Positions 61,452 to 64,000 of a stretch of DNA of 64,000 nt are shown here, piece after piece. The position numbers were made by a program, and so were the translations under genes. The stretch's first letter is position 1, and every line of letters starts with the position of its first letter. The stretch lies in contig JBGARZ010000007.1 of assembly GCA_044229975.1 (NCBI GenBank), forward strand, positions 352,001-416,000. Direction: 5' to 3'. The DNA is from Polyangiales bacterium (GTDB lineage: Bacteria > Myxococcota_A > Polyangia > Polyangiales > Ga0077539). A model generated the notes under the pieces. It was not told the origin of the DNA and made no database searches. It worked only from the letters and a program-made list of their open reading frames with translations.

Positions 61452-62117
61452 ATGGAGCGTCGCCCTCCCGCCATCCTGACCGTCGCCCTCCTGGCGCTCT
61501 CGTGTCGCAACCCGGCGCACGAGGCATTGGTCCCCGCCAACCCGTATCTCCGCCTGCCCCGGCAGACGCGCCAGTACACCACCATCTGGAACTCCAACGA
61601 GCCATCGGCGTACTCCACCCGCACCACCGAGACCTGGGGTCCGGAGACGACCGTCGGGCGCCTCACGGTTCGCACCATCGAGAGCCGCGAGACGCAGGAC
61701 GGACAGCCCGACCACGTCGAGCGCATGAAGGTGTTCGTCGATCGCGGGGCCTTCGGCTTCTACTCGTCCATCGGCGCCAACGGCGAGGAGCGCTACGACC
61801 CGCCCGAGGTGGTGCTGCCCGCGCAGCCGCGCGCCGGTCAGCGCTGGGAGGGAGAGCACCGCCACGGCCGCCGGGTGATTCGTCGCACCTGCGAGCTGGT
61901 CGCCTTCGGGGGTTGCTCTCGCGGGCTGAGCGCCGACTGCCACTCGCGCATGCAGGACGGAACCGTCGTCCACCAGGTCGAACACTTCTGTCACGGCATC
62001 GGCTGGATCGGGGAGGACGCCTCGATCTTCAACGCGCGCGGTCGCGTGGGCACCACCATCGGGGCGGTGATTCAAGACGGCGTGCGGACGTCTCGCGCGC
62101 TGCCTTCACCACCGTGA
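61452..62117 (+). CDS. Hypothetical beta-rich lipoprotein
   Basis: LALSC lipobox; LPAQPRAGQRW and HFCHGIGWI motifs. Confidence 0.6.
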   Translation: MERRPPAILTVALLALSCRNPAHEALVPANPYLRLPRQTRQYTTIWNSNEPSAYSTRTTETWGPETTVGRLTVRTIESRETQDGQPDHVERMKVFVDRGAFGFYSSIGANGEERYDPPEVVLPAQPRAGQRWEGEHRHGRRVIRRTCELVAFGGCSRGLSADCHSRMQDGTVVHQVEHFCHGIGWIGEDASIFNARGRVGTTIGAVIQDGVRTSRALPSPP

Positions 62118-62119
62118 GC

Positions 62120-62764
62120 TCAGTGAGCTGCGCCCGCGGTGCCGCCCGGCGCGGCGCCCTCGTGGGGATGGCAGTTGAAGCAGCCGAAGCCCCGCCGGGT
62201 CTGCGGATTGAACGGCTGCTCTCCGAGGAGCTGCGCCATCGCCGGGCTCACGCGCGTCCCCATGAACTCGTACATCCGATGCTGCGCCGCCATGCGCTGC
62301 TGCGCGGCGGGCGTGCCGAAGGCGGGCAACGCCGGGAGCGAGTTGGGCATGTGGAAGTGCACCGCGCGGGCGTTGGTGCCGTGGCAGGTCGCGCAGGTCA
62401 CGGTCGCGAACTGCACCGGGTCGTACGCCTGTAGCAACGCGGTCATGGCGGGCATCACGGCCTCTCCCATGTAGCGACCCTTCTGCTGGTCGGTCATGCG
62501 CGCCCAGGGCTGCGCCGGGCCATGCAGCCCCGTCGGCATCGGGGGAAGGGGCGCCTCGGGGGCCGGGCCCGCGTCTTCGGCTTGAGCAACCGTGGTCGCG
62601 GGGACGTCCGCTTCGGCGACGGTTCCGGCGTCGGGCTCGGTGACCGGGGCAGTCACCACGGGGTCGGTGACGGGCGTGGGGTTGGCGGTGCGCGAGCTGC
62701 CGGAGCAGCTCAGCGTGAACAGCGCGAGGATCGACAGGTGGGCGACGTGGGTACGGCTTCGCAT
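62120..62764 (-). CDS. Diheme c-type cytochrome lipoprotein
   Basis: TLSC lipobox; CATCH and CFNCH, with upstream Met-rich helices as possible distal ligands. Confidence 0.8.
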   Translation of the reverse strand: MRSRTHVAHLSILALFTLSCSGSSRTANPTPVTDPVVTAPVTEPDAGTVAEADVPATTVAQAEDAGPAPEAPLPPMPTGLHGPAQPWARMTDQQKGRYMGEAVMPAMTALLQAYDPVQFATVTCATCHGTNARAVHFHMPNSLPALPAFGTPAAQQRMAAQHRMYEFMGTRVSPAMAQLLGEQPFNPQTRRGFGCFNCHPHEGAAPGGTAGAAH

Positions 62765-62894
62765 GAGCGGGAGTCTCTTGCCCGGCGCGCCGACTGCCAA
62801 GGACCAAGATTCCACGGCGTGGCTTTCGGGTACTCCCGGCGCCGACTCGTCGTGAGTGGTGCCCGCGCTCGGGGCGGGCGTGCCGCCGGGGTAG

Positions 62895-63998
62895 TCAGCG
62901 GAGCGTGAGGGCGGGCACGGCGCAGCGCGCGGCGACGGAGGTGCTCACGAAGCGGAAGATGTACGTCCGTCCGAAGAGCCCGCGGAGCACCGAGGCCGAG
63001 CCCGTGGCGTTGCTCGGGCAGGTGTAGTCGTACGCCGTGCCGCTCGCGGTGCCCCACGCGGGCGACGTCGCCGTCGGGGTCGCGACGATGCGGAGGTTGC
63101 CGGGGTTGCCCGTCACCGAGAGCGTCGAGCACCCGATGCCGAACTGGAAGTGGTAGGTCGTCGCGCGCCCGAAGATGCGCGTGACCACCCCATCGCCCGG
63201 GCACACGTATCGGAAGTCCTCGCTCGCGCTGGGCCCCACGCTCCCGACGTTGGTGCTCCCGACGACGGTCGCGGTGTAGCGGTGCGGCGTCACCGAGCGG
63301 TCCTCGACCAGCGTCGGGGTGCCGCAGATGACGTTGATGTTGGAGACGTAGGCGGTCTGTCGCCGCCCGTAGAAGCCCCGCACCACCTGCCCCGCGGGGC
63401 ACGTCGCGCTCGTCGTGGCGGCCGACCCCAGGGCCCCGTACTCGGGCGACGTGTAGTCGAAGCCAGCGAGCCCGCCGAAGGCCGTCGGGCACCCCTCGTC
63501 CGCGGCCCCGTCGCAGCTGTTGTCGCGCCCGTCGCAGACCTCCGCGCCGGTGACGCCGCAGGCCCCGCAGTTGGTAGCGCTCGTCGCCAGGTCGGTCTCG
63601 CAGCCGTTGGTGACGTTGGCGTCGCAGTTGCCCCGGCCCACGTTGCAGCTCGCGACCGCGCACACCCCGGCGCTGCACGCCGCCGTCGCGTTGGGCGGCG
63701 CGCACGCGTTGCCGCACGTTCCGCAGTGGGCGACGCTCGCACGGAGGTCGACCTCACAGCCATTGGCGGCGTTGCCGTCGCAGTCGCCGAAGCCCGCGAC
63801 GCACTGGGTCCCGCACGTCCCGGACGAACAGGTGGCCGTCGTGTTGGGCGCCGCCGAACACCCGCGCCCGCACGCCCCGCAGTGGGCCGCCGAGGTGCGC
63901 GTGTTGCTCTCGCAGCCGTTGGCCGCGTTGCCGTCGCAGTCGGCGAAGGTGCTCCCGCACGCCGCGATGGTGCACGCGCCGTCGACACACGCCGGCGT
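62895..63998 (-). CDS. Cys-rich repeat protein (5' truncated), paralog of the protein at 3-1961
   Basis: Frame open to the window end; DCDGNAANGCE repeats, EVCDGRDNSCDG, shared CGTPTLVEDRSVTP. Confidence 0.8.
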   Translation of the reverse strand, partial: TPACVDGACTIAACGSTFADCDGNAANGCESNTRTSAAHCGACGRGCSAAPNTTATCSSGTCGTQCVAGFGDCDGNAANGCEVDLRASVAHCGTCGNACAPPNATAACSAGVCAVASCNVGRGNCDANVTNGCETDLATSATNCGACGVTGAEVCDGRDNSCDGAADEGCPTAFGGLAGFDYTSPEYGALGSAATTSATCPAGQVVRGFYGRRQTAYVSNINVICGTPTLVEDRSVTPHRYTATVVGSTNVGSVGPSASEDFRYVCPGDGVVTRIFGRATTYHFQFGIGCSTLSVTGNPGNLRIVATPTATSPAWGTASGTAYDYTCPSNATGSASVLRGLFGRTYIFRFVSTSVAARCAVPALTLR

Positions 63999-64000
63999 CC

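Noticed and set aside
62120..62764. Photosynthetic reaction-centre cytochrome
   Set aside because: Only two CxxCH motifs and no photosynthesis genes nearby.

Overview
Very GC-rich bacterial chromosomal segment whose gene content points to Myxococcota (Polyangiales-like); this is inferred from the abundant Cys-rich repeat lipoproteins with acidic D-A/D-V-P linkers. About 45 genuine CDS are recognisable, and most long Arg/Ala/Pro-rich ORFs in the track are shadow frames. Main blocks: (1) six Cys-rich repeat surface proteins with different C-terminal heads (two jacalin-like, RCC1, Kelch-like, cupredoxin, none) plus an FG-GAP protein; (2) a His-rich heavy-metal operon with a P1B-4 ATPase; (3) a small ORF/HNH pair; (4) an SGNH-SGNH-MBOAT O-acetylation cluster; (5) an HTH-only LysR divergent from map, followed 3 kb later by an HD / sigma70-r4 HTH / nucleotidyltransferase operon; (6) a MarR-RND-MFP-TolC efflux system with trxC; (7) a lower-GC islet with a frameshifted subtilase, bracketed by two copies of a palindromic element; (8) msrP with an msrQ fused to an FNR-type reductase and 2Fe-2S ferredoxin, next to a blue-copper lipoprotein and a diheme cytochrome c. 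Several intergenic palindromes are present. No rRNA, tRNA, CRISPR array, integrase or transposase was recognised. Family assignments come from motifs read by eye, not database searches.
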